The translations under genes were made by a program, and so were the position numbers. From contig CAVVXN010000002.1 of assembly GCA_963752285.1 (NCBI GenBank), forward strand, positions 160,001 through 224,000: 64,000 bases of DNA, in the 5' to 3' direction. How positions within the stretch are numbered: position 1 is the first letter of the stretch; the number at the start of each line of letters is the position of its first letter. The notes under the pieces are model-generated. The model ran no database searches. It was given only the letters and a program-made list of their open reading frames with translations, and was not told where the DNA came from. The stretch is from an uncultured Planctomycetota bacterium (GTDB lineage Bacteria; Planctomycetota; PLA2; JAEUHO01). Shown piece by piece: positions 55,645 through 64,000 of the stretch.

Positions 55645-57990
55645 CTACGGCCTCAGGCTCGTGCTCTCGGTCTCGTTCGAGAGGTCCATCTGGTCCGAGG
55701 CGCGCGCCACCACGGCGGTCGTCTTCACGAGCGACGAGGGCGGCGCCGACAACACCCGGACGGTGATGTCGAACGTGATCAGCTCCTTCAGGCCGAGCGA
55801 GAAGGCCGCGCTCGTCGCCGTCTGGCCCTGTCCGCTGACCTGGGCGTCCTTGTCGCTGCGGCCCGAGACGAACTCGAGCTCCGGGGGCAAGGTCCAGGAG
55901 ACGACGAGGTCCGGAGTCACCTCGGTCCCGATGTCGTTCAGGACCGTCAGGCGATAGAGGAACGTCTCCCCGACGCGGAACACGCCCTGCTCGGAGCCGT
56001 CGAGGGCCTTGTCCACCATCTCGACCTGGAGGGCGGGGAGGCCGGTGACGCGGAGCGAGACGTCGCGTCGGATCTGGCAGCGCGCGCCGCAGTCGGACGA
56101 AGCCTGCACCTCGCACGACCCGACCGCGGTGCCGTTCACCGAGAAGTCTTGCGTCCACGACTTCCCCGGCCCGAGCGGGCCGACCTCGAAGTCGCGGACG
56201 ATGTTCCCGAGGCAGGCGCCGGTCGTCACGCGCACCACGCAGCCCTCGGCGTCGCCGTCGCCCGCGTTCCGGACGACCAGCGTGAAGTTCGCGGGCTCGT
56301 TGAAGTAGACCTGGTCGGGTCCGGTGAGGTCCATCTCGAGCCGGCAGGTCACGACCTCCACGGTGCAGGAGGCCTCCTTCTCCTCGACGCCGTCCGCCAC
56401 GGCGCGCGCGTGGTTCACGTGCTCGCCGGGCGTCTCCGCGACGCCGGAGAACTGGACCTCCTTGCTCTCGCCGGCGGCCAGCGTCCCGAGACTCACGTGG
56501 TCCTGACTCGTCGGCTCGATGCCGTCGGGGTAGATGTCGCGGACCTCGACGTTGTCGAGGGGGCCGCGGCCCGTGTTCGACACCAGCACCACGAACGTCA
56601 CCGTCTGGCCCGCGTTCACGCGCGACGGCTGGCACGTCTTCGTGATCTCGAGCTGACCGGCGACCACCTCGACCCCGCACGTGTTCTCGACCTTCGCGCC
56701 GCCGGCGGAGCTCGTCGCGCGAACGGTGTCCACGTACGAGCCTGCCTCGTGCGCCATGACGCGGACGGTCTGGGTGTGGGTCGCGCCGGGCGCGAGGGTC
56801 CCGACCTGGACCGGGAACGGGCTCGTGTCGGCGAAGACCAGGCCCGGCGCCGGTTCGTCGTCGAGCACGACGTCCGTCGCGGGCGCGTCGCCCGTGTTCG
56901 TGACCGTGATCGTCTTGTCGAAGGGCTTGCCCACCGACGGCAGCCCGCCGGCGGGGAACGAGCAGGCGACCTCGAGCGCGACCTTCCGCCACGTCTTCGT
57001 GACGATCCGGGTGCGCGGGCACGTCTCGCCGTAGAAGCTGCCCTGCGCGGTGAGGCGCACGCGGTTCACGCCGGGTTGGCCCGTCGTGTTCTTGAGCACG
57101 ACCTCCGCGACGCCGTTCGCGTTCGTGAGGACCTGGGCCACGCGGTCGCCGGAGGAGGCGAACACGGCCGCGGGACCGTCGAGCACCTCCGCCTCGACGG
57201 GCTGCCCGGGGATCCCGGACCCGTCCGTGCGGAAGACGCGGACCGGGAACGTGTGCTCGTCCTCCGGGAGGACGTTCGTGGCGTCGGCGGGGAACTCGAC
57301 GTCGTAGTCGGCCCAGATCTTCCGCGCGAAGATCTTGTGCTTCGTGCCGTCCCGGATGGCGGGGACGTACACGATCAGGTCGGTCACGCCCTCGCGCGAC
57401 GAGGTGATCGTGACCCAGGACTGGCCGGGGCCCACCGTGATGTCCGGCAGGCGCGCGCCGTTCGGGCCCTGGTACGGATGGTTGTTCGCGGCGTCGATGA
57501 GCTCGGAGCCGTAGTTGGTCACCGAGACCGCGTACTGGTTGTCGATCTTGTTGCCTGCGTTCGACGGGATCGCGTTCGCGAGCGGTGCGATCACGCCCGC
57601 GCCGTACTGGTCGTCCACGGCGACGATGTCGCCGACGGCCTCGGGATACCGGGCGAGGATCCACTCGACGCGCTGCCCGGGCATCGGGTTCCCGCAGCTG
57701 TCGAACACGGTCACGACCAGCGTGTGCTGGGTCCGGACGGGGTTGCAGTCCACGGCGGGCGACACGCGCTCGTCCACCTCGACCCGCGCGGGGACGCGCC
57801 CCACCGGCTGGACGACGCGTGCCGGCGCCGTCGCCACGACGGGACCCGTCGCGGGCGCCGTGGCGCAGGGGGCGCAGCCCGGCCAGATGTTGTCGAGCGG
57901 CGTGGTCCGGCAGGCCCCGAGGAGGACGAGGGCCATCGAGGCCCAGGCCACGGGACCGAGCCGGGGCACGAGACGAAGGTGCCGTCGCAT
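55645..57990 (-). CDS. Cys-rich lipoprotein with Ig-like and DUF11 repeats (OmcB-like)
   Basis: Lipobox LLGAC; repeats ITVTNTGDAPATDVVLDD, LVSNTGRGPLDNVEVRD, VVRNAGDGDA, TVLNDIG; 16 Cys by my count. Confidence 0.82.
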   Translation of the reverse strand: MRRHLRLVPRLGPVAWASMALVLLGACRTTPLDNIWPGCAPCATAPATGPVVATAPARVVQPVGRVPARVEVDERVSPAVDCNPVRTQHTLVVTVFDSCGNPMPGQRVEWILARYPEAVGDIVAVDDQYGAGVIAPLANAIPSNAGNKIDNQYAVSVTNYGSELIDAANNHPYQGPNGARLPDITVGPGQSWVTITSSREGVTDLIVYVPAIRDGTKHKIFARKIWADYDVEFPADATNVLPEDEHTFPVRVFRTDGSGIPGQPVEAEVLDGPAAVFASSGDRVAQVLTNANGVAEVVLKNTTGQPGVNRVRLTAQGSFYGETCPRTRIVTKTWRKVALEVACSFPAGGLPSVGKPFDKTITVTNTGDAPATDVVLDDEPAPGLVFADTSPFPVQVGTLAPGATHTQTVRVMAHEAGSYVDTVRATSSAGGAKVENTCGVEVVAGQLEITKTCQPSRVNAGQTVTFVVLVSNTGRGPLDNVEVRDIYPDGIEPTSQDHVSLGTLAAGESKEVQFSGVAETPGEHVNHARAVADGVEEKEASCTVEVVTCRLEMDLTGPDQVYFNEPANFTLVVRNAGDGDAEGCVVRVTTGACLGNIVRDFEVGPLGPGKSWTQDFSVNGTAVGSCEVQASSDCGARCQIRRDVSLRVTGLPALQVEMVDKALDGSEQGVFRVGETFLYRLTVLNDIGTEVTPDLVVSWTLPPELEFVSGRSDKDAQVSGQGQTATSAAFSLGLKELITFDITVRVLSAPPSSLVKTTAVVARASDQMDLSNETESTSLRP

Positions 57991-58209
57991 CAGATCGAGC
58001 CCTCCCGGCGGCCGGCGCCGCCCTCCCTCCGACCCCTCGCGACCGGGGGGCCCTGAAGACCCCCTGGCCACCCGGGCGCACTGCCCCCCGGGTACCGCGG
58101 TCCATCGGCCGGGGGGAGGGAAAAGAAGACCCCGACGCTGTCTCTGCCCTGTCATCGCGCGGGGGCCCGGCCGGCCGGACTCCGGGTGAAGTGGGCAGGG
58201 GCGAGCCGG

Positions 58210-58250
58210 AAAAGAACGCGGCCCCTCGCGCTTCGAGTCGCGAGGGGCCG
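58210..58250 (-). terminator. Rho-independent terminator
   Basis: Minus strand CGGCCCCTCGCG-ACTCGAAG-CGCGAGGGGCCG followed by CGTTCTTTT. Confidence 0.7.
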
Positions 58251-58338
58251 GTCACCCGTTCGTCCCGCGGTCGAGGATCCGTAGCCCAAAGGGGGAAGCC
58301 AAAGGGAGAGGCCCCGGGTAGGACCGTCCTCGAACCGC
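58210..58338 (-). ncRNA. Candidate small RNA
   Basis: Upstream TGGCCA-N17-TATGCT, 5' closing stem, CU-rich repeats and a terminator; no known family recognised. Confidence 0.3.
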
Positions 58339-58424
58339 CCGGAGCATACCTCGACTCGCACAGTATGGCCACTCGCAAGGTGTGCACGCGAAGTGGGCCT
58401 AAAGGCCCTGATGGCCCGGCCCTC

Positions 58425-58748
58425 CTACCCGGCCCGGGCCGGGCGGTGGGGACAGGCGCACGGCGTGTGGTCGCAGCGGGGGCACCCGTCCCGATAGCGG
58501 GCGGCGGCGCCCGCGAGGTCCACGCCGGCGAGCGAGGCGAGCGTCGCGAGCCACGCGAGGACGTCGGAGACCTCTTCCTCGAGGTTCGCCCGCTCGCCGC
58601 GCTTGAGCGCGCGAGCGAGCTCGCCGACCTCTTCGACGAACCACACGAACGTCGCGTCCGCGCCGCGCGCGCGGTCGCGCGGTCCGTAGAGGCGCTCGAT
58701 CGCGGCCTGGAAGGCCGCGATCGTGAGCGGCGTGTCGTTCGCCGCCAT
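58425..58748 (-). CDS. MazG-like nucleotide pyrophosphohydrolase with a C-terminal CxxC..CxC motif
   Basis: EEVGELA, EEEVSDVLAW, GCPRCDHTPCAC; ATG overlaps the upstream stop. Confidence 0.88.
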   Translation of the reverse strand: MAANDTPLTIAAFQAAIERLYGPRDRARGADATFVWFVEEVGELARALKRGERANLEEEVSDVLAWLATLASLAGVDLAGAAARYRDGCPRCDHTPCACPHRPARAG

Positions 58749-60880
58749 CAGCGGAGACGCTTCACCGTCGAGATCGTGATGTCGTCGTTCTGTGGCGCGT
58801 CGAGGTGGAACTGGTCGATCGCGCTGCCGACGAAGTTCACGAAGGCCTGCGAGTTCTTGGGCGCCTCGCGGGCCACCGCCTGATAGAAGCGCGGCTCGCC
58901 GAACTCCTGGCCGTCGCTGCTCTGCACCTTGAGCGCGCCGTCCGTGTAGAGCACGATCCGGTCGCCCACGTTCACGGGCAGGTCGCCCTCCTCCAGGGCG
59001 CGGTCGAACACGGGACCCACGTCGAGCCCGAGGGCGATGCCCTCGGGGTTCACCTTCGCGACCTTCCCGCTCGCGTGGCGGTAGACGAGCAGCGGGAGGT
59101 GGCCCGCGCTCGCGATGGTCGCCTTGCCCGCGTTCGTGTCGATCACGACGTAGACCGCCGTGACGTGGCGGCCGGGCGGCAGCTCGCCCGCCAGGTTCTT
59201 GTTGACCTGACGGAGCACCTCGGCCGGGGAGGCGACCCCGGGGGCCGCGGCCCGCACGTACGACCGCGCGCTCGCCATCACGAGCGCCGCGGTCAGGCCC
59301 CGCACGTTCGTGTCGAGGAGGATCACGCCGACGTGGTGGTCGTCGATGCGGAAGTACTCGAAGTGGTCCCCACCGATCTCGAAGCCGGGCTTGAAGAGCG
59401 TCTCGACCTCGTAGTCGGAGAGCCGCGGCGGGTTCTTGCTCATCAGCGCGCCGTGGATCTCTTCCGCGACCTTCTGTTCGCGGTCCACGATCTCCGGCAG
59501 GTCCTGGTCGCCGTGCTGACTGCGGAACTCGAGGTTCGAGACCATTCGCTCGACCGCGCGGGCCACCGCGCCCGCCTCCGCGCCGCGCGCGCGGAGCGTC
59601 CGCGACGGGTCGCCGCGCGTGCCCAGGCGGTCGACCTCGCGCGCCAGCTCGCGCACGCTCGCCGTGTGCGCGTTCGCGACGGCGAACGCGAGGCCGCCTA
59701 CGAAGAGCGGGCCGATGAGCAGCATCGCGAGCCCGATCCCGTTTCCGGCGTCGTCCCCGCCGGAGCCGGCCCACAGGGCGACGTACGCGCGCATGGGGTG
59801 GTCGCGGGGCGCGCCGCGGACGTCGGCGCCGTAGATCTCGGCGTCCCACATCCGCATGTCCGAACCCCGGACCTTCCCGGTCGTGTGCGTCTGTGTCGCG
59901 GCCAGGCTGTGGTCGTACCGGAGCCCGTCCCCCGACGGGAACGAGGCGATCTCCTGCGCGTCCGCGCCCTGGCCCTCCGTGATCCACGCGCCGAGCACCC
60001 GCACGTCGCCGTCGAGCGCGGCCGCGAGCGAACGGAGGGCGGCGATGCGCTGGTTCGCGTCCGCCCGCGACGTGCCCGTGCCCGACGACACGGCCTTCTT
60101 CCACTTCTCGACCGCCTGGTTCCAGCGCGCCTTCGCCTCCTTGAGCTCCCGCCGCTCCTCCTCGTCCATGCCGGCGGGGAAGTCCTGCTTCACCGCGTCG
60201 GCGTGGCGATTCCAGAAGGTCTTGCCGGCGTCGCCGAAGAGATCCTCGACGATCTTCTGGGTCTGCTCGACGGGGTCCTCTCCCTTCGCGGCGGTCTCTC
60301 CCGTCCAGAACGACGCGGGCACGAGCCCGAGGCTCTGCGCGGCGCTCGCGCCCGCGCGGTCGATGTCCACGGAGCCGGCCTTCTTGCCCGTCAGGAGCAC
60401 GGCGGCCGCGACCACGGCGAACGTCAGTACGGCGGAGACGAGCCCGACCTTGAGGGCGATCGTCATCCCGCCCCCCGAGGCGGCGCGCGTCGAACGCCCG
60501 GTCGCGCGTCCGCTCCGGCCGGTGCGTCCGACCTCGACCTCGGCCATGTCGTCGCCGCGGCGGGCGCCCCGTCCGGCGCCGCCGCGGGGCGCGGCGGGCG
60601 GGACGGGCGCACGCGCCGGCGACGCCACGACCGGCGCGACCGGGGGCGTGACCGGCGCCACGGCGGGCACGACCGGAGGCGGCATGGCGGGCCTGACCGG
60701 CGTCGCCGCCGGGGGCACGACGGGCGGACGCACGGGCGGACGCAGGGGTGCCTTCGCCGGCGGGACCACGGGCGGCACGACCGGGCGCACCGGCGCGGGC
60801 TCCTCGCCTCGTCCGCGCCCGGCTCCCTCCCGCCGTCGCTCGGGACCGCGTTCGCGGCGCGGCCGTCTCTGATCCGCCAT
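58748..60880 (-). CDS. Membrane SpoIIE/RsbU-family PP2C phosphatase with a Pro-rich N-terminus
   Basis: Two TM helices with an extracytoplasmic loop, HAMP-like segment, GGD, LLD...G..AAL, SAGH, YTDG, DDIT. Alternative start at 60547. Confidence 0.88.
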   Translation of the reverse strand: MADQRRPRRERGPERRREGAGRGRGEEPAPVRPVVPPVVPPAKAPLRPPVRPPVVPPAATPVRPAMPPPVVPAVAPVTPPVAPVVASPARAPVPPAAPRGGAGRGARRGDDMAEVEVGRTGRSGRATGRSTRAASGGGMTIALKVGLVSAVLTFAVVAAAVLLTGKKAGSVDIDRAGASAAQSLGLVPASFWTGETAAKGEDPVEQTQKIVEDLFGDAGKTFWNRHADAVKQDFPAGMDEEERRELKEAKARWNQAVEKWKKAVSSGTGTSRADANQRIAALRSLAAALDGDVRVLGAWITEGQGADAQEIASFPSGDGLRYDHSLAATQTHTTGKVRGSDMRMWDAEIYGADVRGAPRDHPMRAYVALWAGSGGDDAGNGIGLAMLLIGPLFVGGLAFAVANAHTASVRELAREVDRLGTRGDPSRTLRARGAEAGAVARAVERMVSNLEFRSQHGDQDLPEIVDREQKVAEEIHGALMSKNPPRLSDYEVETLFKPGFEIGGDHFEYFRIDDHHVGVILLDTNVRGLTAALVMASARSYVRAAAPGVASPAEVLRQVNKNLAGELPPGRHVTAVYVVIDTNAGKATIASAGHLPLLVYRHASGKVAKVNPEGIALGLDVGPVFDRALEEGDLPVNVGDRIVLYTDGALKVQSSDGQEFGEPRFYQAVAREAPKNSQAFVNFVGSAIDQFHLDAPQNDDITISTVKRLR

Positions 60881-60961
60881 GACCCGCTCCTTCCCGGCGC
60901 CCCGGACGCACGAACGAGGGTGCGAGCGGGGAGTATAGGCCGGCCGAGGTTCGGGGCCCCT

Positions 60962-61453
60962 TCAGCGGGCGAAGAGGCCGGCCCACGAGAGACCGAGGAC
61001 CACCGCGCCCGCGACGCACCCCGCGGCGAGGTCGTCGGCGAGCACGCCGACGCCGCCGGGGAGCCGTTCGAGCCGGGCGATGGGCCCGGGCTTCATGATG
61101 TCGAGGACGCGGAAGAGAACGAGGGCCGCGGCGGCCGCGACGAGGCCGCCGTGCACGGCCACCGCGACGCCCGACGCGATCGCCTGCCCCGCGACCTCGT
61201 CGGAAACGACCCACCCCGGGTCGCCGCGGCCGTCGGGCCGCAGCGCGCGCCCGCCCCAGACGAGCGTCACGGCGGAGCCGAGGACGACCAGCGCGATCGC
61301 GCCCGGGAGGCCGAGGCCCGCGCGGTCCAGGAGGACCACGGCCGCCGCGGTCACGATCGAGCCCGCCGTGCCGGGCATCCCCGGCGCATAGCCCGCGCCG
61401 AGCGCGGCGAGGAGGAGACGCGCGGTTGCCGAGAGCGGGCGCGCCTCAGGCAT
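60962..61453 (-). CDS. pgpA: Phosphatidylglycerophosphatase A
   Basis: PGTAGS, DP..VV.DEVAG, FRVLDI.KP.PI, GVLADD. Confidence 0.92.
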   Translation of the reverse strand: MPEARPLSATARLLLAALGAGYAPGMPGTAGSIVTAAAVVLLDRAGLGLPGAIALVVLGSAVTLVWGGRALRPDGRGDPGWVVSDEVAGQAIASGVAVAVHGGLVAAAAALVLFRVLDIMKPGPIARLERLPGGVGVLADDLAAGCVAGAVVLGLSWAGLFAR

Positions 61454-62054
61454 CGGCGAGGAGCCGCGCGGCCCGGAACGCGTAGTCGACGCCGGAGACC
61501 ACGGTCAGGATCGTCGCCCCCCACACGAGCGCGTGCGCGAGGCTCCACGTCGTGGGTCCGCCGGGCAGTCGATCGAGCACGGGCACGGCCCATCGTGCGA
61601 GCGAGAAGCCGGCCTCGTACAGCAGCACGCCGCCGACCGCGAACACCTGGAGGAGCATCTTGGCCTTGCCGAGGGGCAGGGCCTGGAACGAGGTGCCGAG
61701 GCCCTCGACCGCGCCTCGGAGCGCGGTCACGAGCAGCTCGCGCGCGAGGATCAGCGCGACCGCCCACGCCGGCAAGACCGCCGGAACCCCGTCCACGCCC
61801 AGGAGCACGATCATCGTCCCGAGCACGAGCAGCTTGTCCACGAGCGGGTCGGCGATCCGCCCGAACACGCTCACCTCGCCGAAGTGGCGGGCGACGATCC
61901 CGTCTACCGCGTCCGTCGCGGCGGTCAGGGCGAAGAGGCCGAAGGCCCAGTACCACGTGGCGCGTGTCGGGTCCGGCGCGGCGAGGGCCAGGATCGTCCA
62001 CAGCGCGAAGGTCAGCACCGCCCGGAGCAGGGTGATCCGGTTCGCCCAGCCCAT
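61446..62054 (-). CDS. pgsA: CDP-diacylglycerol--glycerol-3-phosphate 3-phosphatidyltransferase
   Basis: N.IT..R, TDAVDG.VAR..G.VS.FG...DP..DK, RE..VT.LR, GKAK. Confidence 0.92.
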   Translation of the reverse strand: MGWANRITLLRAVLTFALWTILALAAPDPTRATWYWAFGLFALTAATDAVDGIVARHFGEVSVFGRIADPLVDKLLVLGTMIVLLGVDGVPAVLPAWAVALILARELLVTALRGAVEGLGTSFQALPLGKAKMLLQVFAVGGVLLYEAGFSLARWAVPVLDRLPGGPTTWSLAHALVWGATILTVVSGVDYAFRAARLLADA

Positions 62055-62064
62055 GGCGCCGATG

Positions 62065-63444
62065 CTACCGCGCGAGCCCCGCCACGGGGCCACCCGTCGC
62101 GAGCGTCCCCACCAGGTCGTACCCCGCGCTCTTCGTCACCCGCACCGGCAGGATCTCGCCGACGCGCCGCGCCCCCCCGTCCGCGATCTCGACCGTGCCG
62201 TCCACGTCGGGCGCGTCCCAGCGGCTCCGCCCGATCGCGACCCCGCGGACTGGATCGACCTCCTCGACCAGGACCTCGATCGTCCGTCCGACCCGGCTGG
62301 CGTTCGAGGCGAAGTGCACGGCCTGCTGCGCCTCCATCAGCTCCGCGCGGCGTGCCTCGGCCACGGCCTCGGGCACGGGGTCGTCCATCGTGAAGGAGGG
62401 CGTCCCCCGCTCGCGGCTGAAGCAGAACACCCCGAGGCGGTCGAAGAGGCCCTCGGACACGGCGCGGAGGTTCTCGTCGTGGTCGGCGTCGGTCTCGCCG
62501 GGGAAGCCGGTGATCAGGGTCGTCCGGACCGCCACGTCCGGCACGCGGTCGCGGATTCGCTCGAGGAGCGCCCGTTGGCGCTCGGCGGTGATGCCGCGGC
62601 GCATGCGCCTCAGCACCGGCGTGCTCATGTGCTGCAGGGGCAGGTCCACGTACTCGACGACGCGCTCGTTCGAGGCGATCTCGTCGATCACGTCGTCGCG
62701 GAGGATCGACGGGTAGAGGTAGAGGAGCCGCCACCACCTCGGCCCGTCGATCTTCGTGAGGGCCCGCACGAGATCGACGAGGCGCGGACGGCCGTAGCGG
62801 TCGCGGCCGTACGCCGTCGTGTCTTGGGAAACGACGCAGACCTCCGAGACGCCGAGCTCGGCGAGGCGCGTGGCGTCCTCGACGTTCTCCTCGATCGTCC
62901 GGCTCGCGAGTCGCCCGCGGAACGAGGGGATCGCGCAGAATGCGCATCGTTGGTCGCATCCCTCGCTGATCTTCAGGTACGCGTACGCGGTGGACGGCGT
63001 CAGCAACACGCGCCGCGGCGGCGCGAGCGCGATCGGCTCGAGGCCCATCAGCGAGGTCGCCGCGTCCACGATCTCGGGGTAGTCGCGGAAGGGGAGCCAG
63101 CGATCGACCTCGGGCAGGCTCTTCTCGAGCGCCGCGCCGTCGCGCTGGACGAGGCACCCCGACACGATGAGCCCGCGGAGGCGACCGTACTCCTTGTGCC
63201 GCGCGACCCGAGCGATCGTCTCGACGCTCTCGCGCCGCGCGGGGTCGATGAAGCCGCACGTGTTCACGAGCGCGAGGTCGGCCTCGTCCATCGTCTCGGC
63301 GAGCGCGAACCCCGCCGACTCGAGGCGCGAGACGAGCCCCTCGCTGTCCGCGAGGTTTTTCGCGCAGCCGAGCGATATCAACGCGACGCGCCCGCGCGGG
63401 GGCGCGGAGCGGGCGGGGGGGGCGGGGCCGTCCGGGGTGTTCAT
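62065..63444 (-). CDS. rimO: Ribosomal protein S12 methylthiotransferase
   Basis: SLGCAKN..DSE, NTCGFI, KISEGCDQRCAFCAIP (radical SAM), C-terminal TRAM domain (DAPDVDG). Confidence 0.96.
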   Translation of the reverse strand: MNTPDGPAPPARSAPPRGRVALISLGCAKNLADSEGLVSRLESAGFALAETMDEADLALVNTCGFIDPARRESVETIARVARHKEYGRLRGLIVSGCLVQRDGAALEKSLPEVDRWLPFRDYPEIVDAATSLMGLEPIALAPPRRVLLTPSTAYAYLKISEGCDQRCAFCAIPSFRGRLASRTIEENVEDATRLAELGVSEVCVVSQDTTAYGRDRYGRPRLVDLVRALTKIDGPRWWRLLYLYPSILRDDVIDEIASNERVVEYVDLPLQHMSTPVLRRMRRGITAERQRALLERIRDRVPDVAVRTTLITGFPGETDADHDENLRAVSEGLFDRLGVFCFSRERGTPSFTMDDPVPEAVAEARRAELMEAQQAVHFASNASRVGRTIEVLVEEVDPVRGVAIGRSRWDAPDVDGTVEIADGGARRVGEILPVRVTKSAGYDLVGTLATGGPVAGLAR

Positions 63445-63478
63445 CGGCCCACCAAGGGTCCGGTGCGGCCCGGGTCGG

Positions 63479-64000
63479 TCAACCGCGCGCGTCCCACTCC
63501 TCGCGCGAAACGAGGAGCGGACGGGCGCCGCTGGGGGTCATCTCGCCGAGGACCCCAGCCTTCACGAGGCTCTCCATCAGGGCCCTCGCGCGCGCGTACC
63601 CGATGCCGAGCTTCCGGGAGAGGAGCACCGAGGAGGCGGCGCCCCGCTCGAACGCCACCTCCACCGCCTTCGCCGACAGGTCGTCCTGCGGGAGGGCCGC
63701 GCCCTTCCGGCGGGGCGCGGCGTCGTGCTCGCGCCCCGCGTCGTCCCGACCCGGGGACCTCGGCGGCGCGTGCCGCTTCGCCGGGGCCTGGGCCGGGGCC
63801 TTCGCCTCGGGGCGCGCGGGGGCGTCCGCGTCCGCGCCGGCCGTTCGCCGCGACTTCTTCGCCTTCGCGGGACGGGCCTTCCCGTCGGTGGCCGCCGCGC
63901 GGGTCCCGCCGCGGGCCTTCGCGCCCGCCTTCGTCGGGGCCGTCTCCGCGGGGGCGGCCCGGGCGGTACGCCGCGTCTTCTTGGCCTTCCCGCCCGGGCC
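63479..64000 (-). CDS. ftsK: C-terminal part of an FtsK-gamma domain protein (5' end outside the window)
   Basis: Frame open to 64000: A/K/R/P-rich linker, then DDL...AV...G.AS..LL.RKLGIGY.RA..L...L...GV.G....G.R..L (FtsK gamma winged helix). Confidence 0.75.
   Translation of the reverse strand, partial: GPGGKAKKTRRTARAAPAETAPTKAGAKARGGTRAAATDGKARPAKAKKSRRTAGADADAPARPEAKAPAQAPAKRHAPPRSPGRDDAGREHDAAPRRKGAALPQDDLSAKAVEVAFERGAASSVLLSRKLGIGYARARALMESLVKAGVLGEMTPSGARPLLVSREEWDARG

Noticed and set aside
58255..58310. c-di-GMP-I riboswitch suggested by GCTACGGATCCT
   Set aside because: It lacks the GGCAAAC...GAAA...GACGCAAAG P1/P2 core.
60600..60800. Tandem DNA repeats of about 12 bp
   Set aside because: They encode the Pro/Val-rich N-terminal arm of the phosphatase and are not an independent element.
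1..64000. Many long overlapping Arg/Pro/Gly-rich ORFs (e.g. 13641-17687, 28552-33117, 41038-45954, 41129-45736, 54032-58387)
   Set aside because: Shadow or antisense frames of real genes caused by stop-codon scarcity at high GC; no recognisable motifs.

Overview
Very GC-rich bacterial chromosomal segment with about 56 protein-coding genes and one tRNA-Thr(CGT). I found no integrase, transposase, CRISPR array or rRNA. The gene content suggests an uncultured Planctomycetota/PVC-type organism (inference): HEAT/TPR envelope proteins, a DUF11 OmcB-like lipoprotein, pyrG-DUF1844, homodimeric GlyRS, PEP-CTERM proteins and an orphan FliA/WhiG sigma factor. Housekeeping genes are rluD (partial), kdsB, pyrG, hemG, fbp, glyQS, lysA, kdsA, an RNase HII-like gene, plsC, pgpA, pgsA, rimO and a partial FtsK-gamma gene. 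Three genes carry single-base frameshifts (near 2100, 4214 and 23070), most likely long-read errors. The most interesting signals are: (1) tandem NrdR-box-like operators 32 bp apart in front of a BldC-like MerR-HTH plus FliA/WhiG operon divergent from glyQS, with no ribonucleotide reductase nearby; (2) a sigma-54-type promoter with enhancer-like palindromes driving a HEAT protein and a WD40-octaheme cytochrome-HEAT/TPR lipoprotein fusion; (3) a two-subunit CydA-like (cytochrome bd superfamily) pair with a fused diheme cytochrome c, upstream of a 2-oxoacid:ferredoxin oxidoreductase whose delta and beta subunits are fused; (4) several apparently inactive domains (ApgM pseudoenzyme, degenerate FHA, exported receiver-like domain); (5) candidate unannotated small RNAs and small proteins; (6) a hollowed-out PEP-CTERM gene remnant. 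All calls are by eye from sequence motifs; no searches were run.
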